A stretch of DNA of 63,626 nt, filler included, from Candidatus Nanoarchaeia archaeon (GCA_035290625.1; 5 parts of 5 records of this genome joined end to end with filler, not necessarily neighbours in it), one strand, 5' to 3'; shown: positions 28,601 to 35,482, numbered from the whole stretch's first letter. Notes: generated by a model not told the origin, from the sequence alone. A program made the numbers and translations.

Positions 28601-31497
28601 AGGTTTGCCTGGCCTTGGAAGTTTTCTCCGAGAGCTGCTTCGAGCTGCTGCTTTGTGACAGTTGCAGTTCCGGTTCTTGAGGTTAACGTGAGTGTATTTT
28701 TCGGGCAAAGCCTGCCAGTCCCAAAAGCATAATGTGTGGTGAAGCCTTGAGTGTTACTGTCCTCAATATTGAAGGCTACGATTGCTCCATCTGAATTGAT
28801 ATATGGCTGAGTGTCTTTAAATCTGAAGGAGGAATCTGCAATAGTTGTTGTTGGGATTACTGTGTCTTTTTTGCAGTCGCTGAACGCTGGATCGCTCAGG
28901 CCTGCGCACTCTGCGGTGTTGTCTGAGTTTCCGTCTTTGAAGCATCTGCTGTTGGCTGCATCCCATCTGCAGACTCCTAAGCTGCAGGCGTCTGAACTAG
29001 GAGTTGAGTCAAATCCGCTTAAGCAGCCTTCTTGTGTTGTGATTTGGTGCTGGCTGCTTCCGATGCAGGCTGATTCTGATGCAAGGCTTTCACAGGTGGT
29101 TGTATTCGCTTCTGGTGACCTCACGCAGGCATTGCATGCTGTCTCTGCTGCATTTGCAAAGCAGGATCCGAGATTGCTGCAGATTGTTTGCGTGCAGCCG
29201 GTGTTATAGAAGAGATTTTCTGCGTCTCCGTTTGCAACTGCTCCGCAGAGATTGCAATGCTCGGATGTTTCTTCTTCTGCATTATAACAGAATCCTTTGC
29301 CGAACTCTGCATACCTGAAGTTTGTTGACCACTCACAGGTTCCTGCCTGGCAATTGTTTCTTTCACAGGAGGATCGGGATTTGTAATCAAAGCAGGAGTT
29401 GACTTGGGTACAGGACTGGCAGGAATCTGTCGGTGTGCTGGTTGATTCAAGATAGCAGTATCGTCTTACTCCGTTTTCTGTAAAGCAGGTGTCGGCATTA
29501 TACCACAAACCAAGGATGTTTGGATAGGGAGTTTCTGTTGCTGCGCAAGCGTCGGTTTCGTGGCAGAGCGCTCCTGCTGTTCTGTCTTGGATACAAATGC
29601 CGTCGCTGAAACTGGGAAGTGTGGCGCAGTTTGTTGTAACGGGCTCGTTATTTTCGCAAGTGGCTTTAATGGTTGCTGGATCTTGGGGATTTGTGGGTGG
29701 TTGGCAGAATGAGGTTGGATTTGGAGCGCATTTTCCTCCACAGATGCTGTTTCCAGGGCTGATTTGTTGAGTGAGTTCTTTGGGTTCTGTGGCTGTTGTA
29801 TCCTCAACGTTGTAGGTAAATACAATCTTATACATGTAGTTATTACCCCATTGAGTTTCTTCATCAGTAAGGGTTTGCTGCTGAGCAGCTGGTGTTGAAG
29901 TTAAGACTCGTATGGGCTGATCTGGGTATGAAGTGCTGCTAGATACTTTCCTAAAGACTCTGGCTGATTGGTAGGTGCATTCTGAATTCCAGTTAAGGGC
30001 TATATGGCTCTGGCACGGAATCCTTTCTGCAGTAAATGTTATAGGGAATTCTGTATTGCATTGAGAGGGGATTTGGTCGAGGTTGAGAGTCAAGGTTGAG
30101 ACGGAAGAGCGTATTGTGTGATCTTGAGAGCCAGTTCTAAAGCCTTCAGCGGAGATTTCAAAAGTGTAGACAGTGCCGCGTGTTTCATAGAGCAATGGTC
30201 TTGTTTGATACGGTGCCTGGCTTAAGGTATATGTGTCGATTGTGGTTTGGCCTGATTTTACCGTCACTGTATAGCTTGTAAGAGGCTGGTTGTTGCCAGT
30301 TATTACAAGCAGGACGATACCCATGTTGCCGCAGGCAGATGCTGTGTTTTGCCCTGCACTAGATTCACAACAGAAGAGGTCTCCATATTGTGATTTCAAG
30401 CGCACAACACCGCCGCATTTACAGGCGTCTCCAGCAATGCTGCCTATCGTTGTTCTTCCATCTGTCGGGCATTGAGGCTCGCAGGCTTCGTTGTTGGGGT
30501 CATAAGTTGGATTAGTACTGAAACAGCAAGGGTCATCACTATCTGGTCTGGTATCATGATCATTGTCTATGGTATCTGAACATTGAGCAACACATCTACC
30601 ACCAACCGGAGCAGAAGTTCCTTGGCAAGTATTACATGCTGTGCTTGCGATGCATCCTCCTTCATTGTCATTTGCAGAGCCGCACCAGGCGCAGCCTGTG
30701 GTTGTTGTGCATGAGTTTTCTGGTAGATTTGTGCAGGATGTTGATGTCTCGTCCCCTCTTGTTGTAATGTCGGTCGTTGGAACAACGCAGTTATGCTCAT
30801 TGCTTGTGGAGGTTCGGCCTTCTGAGCATGTTGAGCAGGAGTCTGTGCAGGTTCCTGTGCCGCCAGAGCCGCACCAGAAACAGGCTGAGTTTCTGCAAGC
30901 GTCGCTTCTTGAGATGGATCCACAGTCGATTTGGTTATTTGGAGCGCATGCAGCAAATTCTTCTCCTTCCAGCGTTGCATGTTCAGTGTTGTAACAGGGA
31001 TTTGTTGGACGGCTTGAATCCCTATTGGTTTCGGGAAACCCTAACGCCCAGTATTTTGGAGCTGCATCAGTGCTGGCGCCTTCACAGACGTTCCTTGTTT
31101 TTCCGCTGCAGGCTCCTGCATCGTTGCAGCATCCGGAGATACATTTTCCGTTTTCGGGGTCAGTGAACTTCTGGCATCCGCCAGCAGAGGCGGAGTTCCA
31201 GAAGTTTTGAAAGCAGTCGGTTTGGCTCTCTGGGTAAAAGTCGTTTGTTGATGCGGTATCGTATGCTCCATTTGTGGGGCAGCAGAGATTTGCAGTTAGC
31301 TGTTGAAGAGGGTTATTATTGCAGTATTTTGTTGGAATTTCCTCTGCTATCAGTGGATTTGCACAGCATCCAAGCACTGAAGGGGCTTGATATAAGGCGG
31401 TTCTTTCTGCTTTTTCCTGGGTTGTGACTGCGGCAAGCGAGGATTGTATTACCAGCACTGAAAATAATAGAAGAGCGAGGAGTTTCAGCCTACCCAT
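16681..31497 (-). CDS. Giant (~4938 aa) secreted adhesin: Cys-rich N-terminus, dockerin, many Ig-like (D-T-x-P-P) repeats, Cys-rich C-terminus
   Basis: 14.8-kb uninterrupted ORF; RBS AGGAGGAG before ATG 31497; signal peptide; dockerin-like duplicated loop at 26968-27138. Confidence 0.88.
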   Translation of the reverse strand: MGRLKLLALLLFSVLVIQSSLAAVTTQEKAERTALYQAPSVLGCCANPLIAEEIPTKYCNNNPLQQLTANLCCPTNGAYDTASTNDFYPESQTDCFQNFWNSASAGGCQKFTDPENGKCISGCCNDAGACSGKTRNVCEGASTDAAPKYWALGFPETNRDSSRPTNPCYNTEHATLEGEEFAACAPNNQIDCGSISRSDACRNSACFWCGSGGTGTCTDSCSTCSEGRTSTSNEHNCVVPTTDITTRGDETSTSCTNLPENSCTTTTGCAWCGSANDNEGGCIASTACNTCQGTSAPVGGRCVAQCSDTIDNDHDTRPDSDDPCCFSTNPTYDPNNEACEPQCPTDGRTTIGSIAGDACKCGGVVRLKSQYGDLFCCESSAGQNTASACGNMGIVLLVITGNNQPLTSYTVTVKSGQTTIDTYTLSQAPYQTRPLLYETRGTVYTFEISAEGFRTGSQDHTIRSSVSTLTLNLDQIPSQCNTEFPITFTAERIPCQSHIALNWNSECTYQSARVFRKVSSSTSYPDQPIRVLTSTPAAQQQTLTDEETQWGNNYMYKIVFTYNVEDTTATEPKELTQQISPGNSICGGKCAPNPTSFCQPPTNPQDPATIKATCENNEPVTTNCATLPSFSDGICIQDRTAGALCHETDACAATETPYPNILGLWYNADTCFTENGVRRYCYLESTSTPTDSCQSCTQVNSCFDYKSRSSCERNNCQAGTCEWSTNFRYAEFGKGFCYNAEEETSEHCNLCGAVANGDAENLFYNTGCTQTICSNLGSCFANAAETACNACVRSPEANTTTCESLASESACIGSSQHQITTQEGCLSGFDSTPSSDACSLGVCRWDAANSRCFKDGNSDNTAECAGLSDPAFSDCKKDTVIPTTTIADSSFRFKDTQPYINSDGAIVAFNIEDSNTQGFTTHYAFGTGRLCPKNTLTLTSRTGTATVTKQQLEAALGENFQGQANLYYFTIDEFLNTELIKTKPVYVDIQGPEITLALTSGNNPSSAVTSDLSISLRVDEASTCSYLVDTNPQTTQDSIDLNAGQQRAFTIPRIQDATYEVTATCTDEYGNQNAAVETIEIDRVRIIENEQPANYHLFNEQSDPVELSFDTSDPYNCFFSYGSIRSRPFVRTDLHYSYPLPLIEATEGPNQISINCYEGTDILVDSDRLTFTLDTSPPTTAVQQYTGVNTPEDLTAQSYHNLNLLLTCNDGDAHNYGCDAIAYCIANSGQTCQLASWNILPPGESSLIVTPINILELQSGDGAYTLYYASRDNLQSDGTYPHTEQTKSIVLNLDNEGPTITITAPAANARTVKQDSITLSAAFEDSSDISSVIIVRSQQGTQNSILSRDEFTNTGFTKTIPLIHGTNTITILVEDAAGNSAQQTITIYNDHTPPTISAFEVLNNANSPVDITVADATVAFLEYAAPSTVSVTTTDPEWSNEIAGVTAVVHPVVGDVNNNGGIDVGDSLFITQYLGGRRELSADQRTQADVNQDEAINDFDSLLISRYLAGYVPQLPCIPDDDQVTIENNPNLEISCRGALPVLQLTHQGDSNPWTAPLPQTLLAGFYMVKVISEDQFGNKAVQAKKIEVQDNHEPTFSIQIYDGDSPVGTVDRGTFGVTITPTEQLQEAPELSFSFSDQNQQTRAVSISDITQVADSASQHNLWEGSFTVSRDDPVYQNLRDTQATFTIEGRDLNGQAGTTITSGETFTISTVGGDTPSIDLPSEEVTYTNSNNVFIAGHTANRAENVPVLIQIYDSTGETLLQEERDISRPSPQPIGTDRAVNRRIDDRTIRLDTIGMDLAAVRQGSLQFTGHERTTRGFYQISTVSNCIDDQTLRTRLCDITVAEPFESENLANARIYTRQYPQGWFGKPFTLAAEGTYRVGARAIAGNVEGGFSLYSAGTPFKIVYDTTSPIITLARPTGGFTSDGTTTIVISITDNLAGVKAEDIIFTFDGSTKTVGESNSNVAYQADPAKRTITLTYSADTNELKQYPITVIATDRSGKRVEQTLVIARVDALVQPNLFFDPGFSMDRVNTNAGLGTAPNNHVYTQTATPTFILSFDGDIQGLSINSLAVVETTDRVETEYPVTSGSGRATLSNPVSRIDGSAGRVLSPNTLTALLDNPLVGSTVTLNVGDSLEIRGHGYPAASVAGKRVDVFEGNHRVEDGIVENVHPTPLTTTTASSFFEQVPRLRFLQPGTYEIRFAVRDTPLAAPAATPIHWSEPATFTVHVEPCRNPVAANNILNNPNLGFPICFTPDVFPGLALAEKEYTLRVTATVQKDGAPVTKQVDLPFKVDLTNPTLEITTPNPQPTNHLAGNNLALSYNDANLFRMKINGDVEQEIRKYETQLTTPSVTNGLRSLTEAIALTGDGDTPGDKTVSVVLKDKAGRTRQQTIVYAYNAQAVPLTITSVTRTDDVGITRILDTPLTYKTNNNPSFTIRVAGTSAQDLRSLTVVSEGSQISATILATNPKSFSISIPISSTTPNSNHNHGTAYTFALTATDTFGNTGPTTLVIVRDTRGPIATWTGDRDPVDDNIIYTDDPNTPIVIGTNEDTQSCTYRWDDDTVEYPMDQSATNQRQFTYHPSRGTTLPDEDGTYPVHITCTDSSGNQETTDLTIVLIREAPTIVITLPGVVNTNSVTATVTTSNLPSYCYYKRRNQEDSEKITLDSPNGRQHTTTISNLAEGPNAFEIWCVGLNTRASDRQQRTVTYQTGPLTITGRADMTAPSATPTVHVDTNKQASCRYNLNTCTVSPAVYAQFNAGNQISSSNNLEHGPAIVTLSIDGEQKVCIACRATQPPAEEQRGEFTLIRNTVAPTFGIQIQGNQPQLQGKPLLRSGPSYTVHIIPSKTIQRPTAFSYTIGGTILSLSSINPIASSINWQGTFTIPATPSYNQEAATFTISATDTAGNAGTQIISGAQFWIDTAPPTFTWQSISPTTITSLATPVTIIFDTSIDTVQSSLQLFLKDRNNDYIPLQVTTRPIEQENTDIKRFQITFNLPTNLKDPVQGKLEGSDLAGNFRSYEFTPSGFIVDTRPPEFTDATRTPAPGSIIGNQKPTIGITFSDARGIDTSRTSLAINGNPLSSTQFTIETLLSGEKRLVFTPITELKDLVGAEPQTQGSLTYYRFDVTVQVTVYDQSGNSNTASWTFTIDTRVPNQPEIFVFKQHTQATANTWDQLTLLANAESPARNGNSNLWYLNQKNAYIKASFEQGASVTGITLPENNHLTQDDSRLIRGQNGQPVSGVQFIHLQEISASPLNAPSENDYTITIKAKKEISGIAPADLPEGIYPFHLAVDTNPPRLPAPGITNLVPGTRPDEAQQTSWLTRSRQPTISGWARDNFFNSISLTSGQTSYAALTRTTIECGMRTTAPLVIECPYSKQISLSANTPHTIKITASDKAGNSRDADIIITTDNTQPSLQITNIEGAVNIGTAAVPNWVTKENSVTVKGTSESGATIRVRSIFSGAEQSSTQQQIGDIFAYPLEIDARGQLAPGNGLTAIPTQIPIGSVITLKNTDTLSYQVTVTGLATPQTFTLATNAEQRITLPGTIGAQITITTAYVGVEDALLDTKTFTIRNLKTDFSVPIALFTNAPEGVAQTLQITATDTAGNPTPRSLTIRRDATPPTITIPEAYADNPTFGSNIQQFTITLNDPSGIDPASIQVKEGTTNIPFTPNNQNNPTSITISPQTPWSNAVHTLTINARDRVGNAAAQASLGFTIDSVAPTATFAFAPVPNDVAGTKYITTTAAASSTTVTATFSTSVRDVTPTLTCGSQSPAITANPLPPESQTIYTIPLTNLPQGSCTLTVRAARIDTGTQGTATQQFIVDTLPPRIVISNPQLDASNHANSNEEFIIISGRIEGETGPVTVALSERSQSAAANSDNDYEFSFADVALVTGNNQFTITATDSTSHQATRPFTISADFTAPGITLGAITQSQGTLTIPFTSTEPLRMFDGNEQLSAPAPRITLTQGSAAPVQISADIVTPGTATTTNFPYTAAFTLPADLDGQYSLALSNLRDAAGNTGQAAQSNVALDTTYPTITITSPQAGAVISDTTPTISATITDTSGIATTDANKPAISLDGQSPIRLTPSNNQISYTPTTGLASGQHTVTITATDAKGFSSTATSTFTIDTEAPSLTISEIEIVGLDQLTIFDHITRAFVTRNTPNLQIRITGTSSKDLASIDLPAESGVITEVQETLGPNHRDFTITAALPFTTGNQHARGFAKTFTITGTTPAGRPGTVDFTIVKDNIGPTATLTSPSTRATSSLTPSLVFTTNEVATSCNMRYNSFDGAEHTASLTQETGERFSHTIQNTLAQDDTTTLTVACTDIFNQEKETSINLLVDTRIPSITDVTLTNANFADLAESTQSSKSYILFTGVATTGFQVYADQEVICSYITGSSTPRQIGDTTYANSKSTGTTISQPLATTEYIITCTSKAGLESAPYTLRITRPASYQLPISIISPTAQFLNRQTAANIVVSTPRPAACQAIYSGTTPSTITSLTSNSQNEHTVAMEAAVGKTRPQFEAAGAAYTVSINCRAIVGAQGINPNTIQVSFTTDFTPPAKPVLSTSQPIVRTETAAISGTIDSDVVKVEIYRKEAGTSGTPTLVKTITITAGTTFSDTIELLASKNNTLTAIAYDRANNPSELSDPVHIIQTQAGPTITAVDPATGTIRNAVSIIRATLIPHLATPILESSSSIQLRNAAGQIPGTTHLTAENILEFTPSSALANGQYTATIHAEDILENSNEATTSFTTDSRAPVFTLQSPTTRISNTRTISVAGTVTSPITSATITASSLVMTAANGTITVHSLTRTAAGAFTTSVTLPQDGAYTYYVNATDSLGNRGVSETSAVTIDTAAPQLCFTIGEITICPDAQAAIGTCTDSDGLDYNSRGSVAINANSFNDTCFNTRILLEQACSGTSRTQRGIECQNGCSQGACIAS

Positions 31498-31630
31498 GCT
31501 CCTCCTCCTGCTTTCTTTTGATAAGATATTCAAAGGCATGGCTTCTGTTTGCAAAGAGCTTTCTTGCTATCTGCTGGTCAACCCATTCGAGAAGTTCCTT
31601 GTCTAAGGTGATGGTGATGCGTTCTTTCAT
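31490..31630 (-). CDS. Ribbon-helix-helix regulator (46 aa, below ORF-track cutoff)
   Basis: MKERITITLDKELLEWVDQQIARKLFANRSHAFEYLIKRKQEEEHG*; overlaps the giant gene start by 8 nt. Confidence 0.8.
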   Translation of the reverse strand: MKERITITLDKELLEWVDQQIARKLFANRSHAFEYLIKRKQEEEHG

Positions 31631-31939
31631 GTTGGAGGAGGATGTTGCATTTGATTCCCCCGACTAAAAGAAATAGGAAAATGTACGTAACCTCTTTTTG
31701 GCATTTATCCCTCTTATTCTGCTGTATGATTACGTATCTAGTAATATATAAATGTTGCGGTTTGAATATGAAAAGATTATTGAGTAAGATAGAATAAGAT
31801 TGAGTAAGTATCAGTAAGAAGATGATTATTTAGTATATTTAATTATTGCCTCATATCATTGAATATATTTATGATTATTTACTTATTAAATAAGATTATT
31901 ACATACTTAGTAAGAGTCAAAACCCAGAGTATTGCGGAT

Positions 31940-33580
31940 TTAGGGAGGGTGTACACAGTTACCATTGCCGTCGCAGGTGCCGGTGGCACCACTGTTATCA
32001 GAGCAAGATGCGCCTGATAAGGCATAGTTGGAACTGTACGTGTTGCCGGCTGAATCACAGGAATAGGAGGGAATACAATCGGTGATTGCTGGAGGGGAAG
32101 TTGTAACGCAAGTTTTTGGGCGGCACGTCATACAGGCACCGCAGGAGGCTCCATCGTTAAGGTAAAATGTGCCAGTTTGTGTGGGTGGTGGAGTGGGTTG
32201 TATGCAGCAGTTGTTTCCGGAGGGGCAGTTAATTGTGATCTGGATTTGGCCAGTAACCTGATGGCCATTGCTATCTTCCACAGTAACTGTCATTGTGTAA
32301 TACCCAGCATCGCCTTGGCTGCTACCATAAGTTAAGTTTGTAAATCCTGGGGGGCCTCCTGAAAGGATAACTGTAGTTGTTCCCCCATCTGGGTCACCAA
32401 ATGTGATGTATGTGGTAAGATCTATAGTGTTTCTTTCAATTACGTCTCGAAGTGTAGTTGGATCGATGTTCAAGTATGGCGGCCTGTTCTGGACTGCGAA
32501 ATAGAAAGAATAAGGCTGTCCTGTGATTGTTGATTGAGGATCTGTAATGTGGAGTATGGCTGCGTCTGTGTTAAGATCACAGTTATGACAGAGGTCTGTA
32601 ATTTTTTCTATATGCATGTCGTCTTCTATGCTGTTTGAGTCTGAACCTAGTTTTAAGCATAGCTGATCCAGTGTAGTTGCAATCTGCCCATTGCTGAGAG
32701 AATTGAGTGGGCAGTTATGGGAATCTGTGGTGGTGACATCAAAACTTACGTCGGTGTTGTCTTTGGCTGAGAGGTAGTATGCAGCTTCGTAGATTTTTTT
32801 GAACCTGATCGGAAGGGATTGCGTTATCTGAACGTCTTTTGTGACTGGAGGCTCGCCTTGAGGAGAGAATTTGACTGGGTATTCTGAAAGTATCAAAACA
32901 TCATCTTCTCCAAAAAGGACTCCGACTTTTAAGTCTCCTGCTGGCTCTACTGTAATGCCTGATTCTGAGATTGCATTGAAGTCCACGCATTCAGGGAGTT
33001 TGGCAGCAATATACGACTCAAGCGCTTTCTGGATGGTTGCTGCATTAGAATCAGTTGCATACAGTTCGCCTGTACAGGTATGGCTGAGGTCAGTAGTGCT
33101 TGTTTTCGGATTAAGGCCTGCTTCAGAGCAGAGTTTGGGAAACCTCTTGAGGCCAAGAGGCCATTCTTTTCCTTCTTCCGGAATTGAAACATCAAAATTG
33201 ACGTTATACTCGGTGCCATCAATAGTGTAGGGGAGATAGTCATTTCCTATGGCGCGGGCACCATTACTCGTATAAATCGACGGATCAATAAATCGAAACA
33301 CGCCATCCTGATTCTCGAATATCACTCCTCCCTGCCTTCCAGCCAAGATCAAAGCATCTTCAGCTGTCTTCTTCAGGCAGGAAGTGATGTAGGAGCGGAT
33401 TGGGGTTGCTTCAACAATGTCTGAAAAGCTTTGCTCTGCCTGGCTTCCTACTTGAGATGTCCTGAGCGAAGTGAGGTAGAGGAGAAATCCTGTGATCATG
33501 AAGATGACTATGCCGAGGATGATGAAGAGGGTTATCTGGGATTTTCTGCTTGGTTTAGTTAAAGTGTGCTTGTTTCTCAT
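31940..33580 (-). CDS. Pilin-like protein with C-terminal Ig/cadherin-like and Cys-rich domains
   Basis: RKS/QITLFIILGIVIF; QNRPPY..DPDG..VTVEDSNG. Confidence 0.8.
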   Translation of the reverse strand: MRNKHTLTKPSRKSQITLFIILGIVIFMITGFLLYLTSLRTSQVGSQAEQSFSDIVEATPIRSYITSCLKKTAEDALILAGRQGGVIFENQDGVFRFIDPSIYTSNGARAIGNDYLPYTIDGTEYNVNFDVSIPEEGKEWPLGLKRFPKLCSEAGLNPKTSTTDLSHTCTGELYATDSNAATIQKALESYIAAKLPECVDFNAISESGITVEPAGDLKVGVLFGEDDVLILSEYPVKFSPQGEPPVTKDVQITQSLPIRFKKIYEAAYYLSAKDNTDVSFDVTTTDSHNCPLNSLSNGQIATTLDQLCLKLGSDSNSIEDDMHIEKITDLCHNCDLNTDAAILHITDPQSTITGQPYSFYFAVQNRPPYLNIDPTTLRDVIERNTIDLTTYITFGDPDGGTTTVILSGGPPGFTNLTYGSSQGDAGYYTMTVTVEDSNGHQVTGQIQITINCPSGNNCCIQPTPPPTQTGTFYLNDGASCGACMTCRPKTCVTTSPPAITDCIPSYSCDSAGNTYSSNYALSGASCSDNSGATGTCDGNGNCVHPP

Positions 33581-33969
33581 TTGAATTTGAGTATTAACGC
33601 TTTTAGTTGTTTTATGACTTCGCTGGCTTCTTGGTGGGAGAGCTGCATTCCATAATAATTAATGTTGTTTCTTACTTTTCGCAGTTCGTCAAATAGATCC
33701 CCTTCTTTTGACATCTTCAGGATTTCTTTCAGAAATGCAGTATAGCACTCATGATTGTATATCTTGTAGCCTTCTTGTAAAGCTGTAATCTCCAGCAAGG
33801 TTCTCAACGCATCATAAAGGAGGACGATTTTAGCATAGTAAAGGTCTTCTGGAAGAACGCCTGCTGATCTTATTTTAACGTCAATGATCTCCTTAAATGA
33901 AGCGGATTTGGACTTGTCTTTGCTTACCTCCTTCGCTATCCTTTTTTTAAGGCACTGATTCCAGTCCAT
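33577..33969 (-). CDS. HEPN-like protein, partner of HTH-nucleotidyltransferase
   Basis: GYKIYNHEC, LRKVRNNINYYG. Confidence 0.7.
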   Translation of the reverse strand: MDWNQCLKKRIAKEVSKDKSKSASFKEIIDVKIRSAGVLPEDLYYAKIVLLYDALRTLLEITALQEGYKIYNHECYTAFLKEILKMSKEGDLFDELRKVRNNINYYGMQLSHQEASEVIKQLKALILKFK

Positions 33970-33971
33970 GG

Positions 33972-34484
33972 TTACCACTCACCGCTTATTTTGTATCCGT
34001 TGAGGATGTTGCTCAACAGCCCCTTATTCTTTACATCTTCTCTTTCTTTAAAGAGGAGGGCGTGGATTTTTCTTTTTAGTTTTTTTTCGTATTTTTCCAG
34101 ATCCAGGCGCTTCTTTGTTGCTGTGAAGACTGCTATATCAATATCCGAATTTGGAGCAACTTCTGCCTTCGAGAAAGAGCCGAACAGCACGATCGTCGGA
34201 ATCAGAAGTTCTTCTTTGAGATAGCCTATGAGCTCTGATTTCTGCAGCTTTTGGTGCCAGTAGAGCCTTGAAAGGTGGATAACCACGGGATTTGCCCTAT
34301 TCGCATAAAAGAATAAGTACCTCCTGTCTTCTTCGCTCAGGAGCAGGCCTTCCTTCTCCAGGCTTTTCAGGGTTTTGGAGGAATGGGGCGGGCTTATGCT
34401 CTGCATTCTCGCAAATTCCCTCACATTGATCTTCCGGTAGTTATCCTCAAAGAATGGGGCCAGTGTGTTAAATATTGCTAACAT
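33972..34484 (-). CDS. Winged-HTH + nucleotidyltransferase (MNT) antitoxin-like protein
   Basis: VREFAR..ISPP HTH; LFGSFSKAE..SDIDI. Confidence 0.85.
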   Translation of the reverse strand: MLAIFNTLAPFFEDNYRKINVREFARMQSISPPHSSKTLKSLEKEGLLLSEEDRRYLFFYANRANPVVIHLSRLYWHQKLQKSELIGYLKEELLIPTIVLFGSFSKAEVAPNSDIDIAVFTATKKRLDLEKYEKKLKRKIHALLFKEREDVKNKGLLSNILNGYKISGEW

Positions 34485-34547
34485 ATGTTACTTTAGATTA
34501 ACAGCGTATATAAAAAGATTGCTGTTAATATATTTTAACAGCTGTTA
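34479..34547. promoter_or_regulatory. Palindromic operators TAACA-NN-TGTTA flanking a TATA box
   Basis: TAACATATGTTA 34479-34490 (over the start codon) and TAACAGCTGTTA 34536-34547; third copy TAACATGTGTTA 35286-35297. Confidence 0.6.
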
Positions 34548-34602
34548 CTTTTTATTAACACTTTAGACGTGAGAATCAGGAAGATTTGGAATTTTTTAGA
34601 GA

Positions 34603-34756
34603 TCATTTTAGCAGCGTAAAAAGTGTTTTAATGATATTTTGTATCCTATCCCTGTTTGCGACAAGGTAGTCTGTTTGTATCGTGAATCCTTCATAAGAGA
34701 CCCTATTCCGGTATTCCCTCATCTTTTGCCTGTCTGGCTTAACTTTTGCGATCAGG
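34603..34756 (-). pseudogene. Internally deleted HEPN-like gene
   Basis: N-terminal LIAKVKPDRQK joined out of frame to EYRNRVSYEGF...IIKTLFTLLK*. Confidence 0.6.
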
Positions 34757-35291
34757 TATATCCCTCTAAAAAACCACTTAATACAAATCCGTTAATAATA
34801 TTATTCTTTAATTCTTCGGGGTATGCGCTAAAACGCTCCTTGAAATGGAGCTGTATCCTTCTTTTCAGCTTCTTTTCAAAATCATTAAGGTTTAGCTCTT
34901 TTTCCTTGCATTCAACAAAGAGGTCTATATCGCTGCTTTCTGTGTCTTCGCCCCTTTGATAGCTCCCAAATAAGACTATAGATTTGGGCATAAGCTTTTC
35001 TTCAAGGAGTTCGATAAGATTTGATTCCAAGAGGGATGACAGGTTATAGAGCATTTTTTGGGTTTTGAAGGGTTTGCTGCCTGTATTTGCCCTGTAGATG
35101 GGAAATGCCCTTTTGCCTTTCTTTTCCGTGGATTTGAGGATTAGCCCCGGTTTTACAAGCAGGTCGAGGTTGTTTTTGATTGAAGTGTGGGCTATGTTTG
35201 TTTTTCTGCTGATATCCATGAGGTAGTGGGGCTTTGAGGGGTGCAGGAAGAACAGCTCCGCCGTCTTTTCTATACTACTTTTTTGTAACAT
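34752..35291 (-). CDS. Winged-HTH + nucleotidyltransferase (MNT) protein
   Basis: HYLMDISRKTNIAHTSI; LFGSYQRGED..SDIDLF. Confidence 0.85.
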   Translation of the reverse strand: MLQKSSIEKTAELFFLHPSKPHYLMDISRKTNIAHTSIKNNLDLLVKPGLILKSTEKKGKRAFPIYRANTGSKPFKTQKMLYNLSSLLESNLIELLEEKLMPKSIVLFGSYQRGEDTESSDIDLFVECKEKELNLNDFEKKLKRRIQLHFKERFSAYPEELKNNIINGFVLSGFLEGYT

Positions 35292-35337
35292 GTGTTATAT
35301 TTATGTTAGATGTACTATATAAATGTTGCGCTTAAGG

Positions 35338-35482
35338 GGTCGCATTGAAAAGTCATGCAATGCCCTTTGTGAGCCTTCTATTCAAAGTACAGAACAGCGA
35401 CAAAGGGGTTGCTCCATACGGGAAATGTCGCTTCCCATGAGAGTATGCACAAGGCGAAGTCGGCATTGCCGAACGAAGTGAG
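35338..35482 (+). mobile_element. MITE family A copy 3 (truncated by contig end)
   Basis: GGTCGCATTGAAAAGTCATGCA..., colinear with 9507-9650. Confidence 0.8.
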
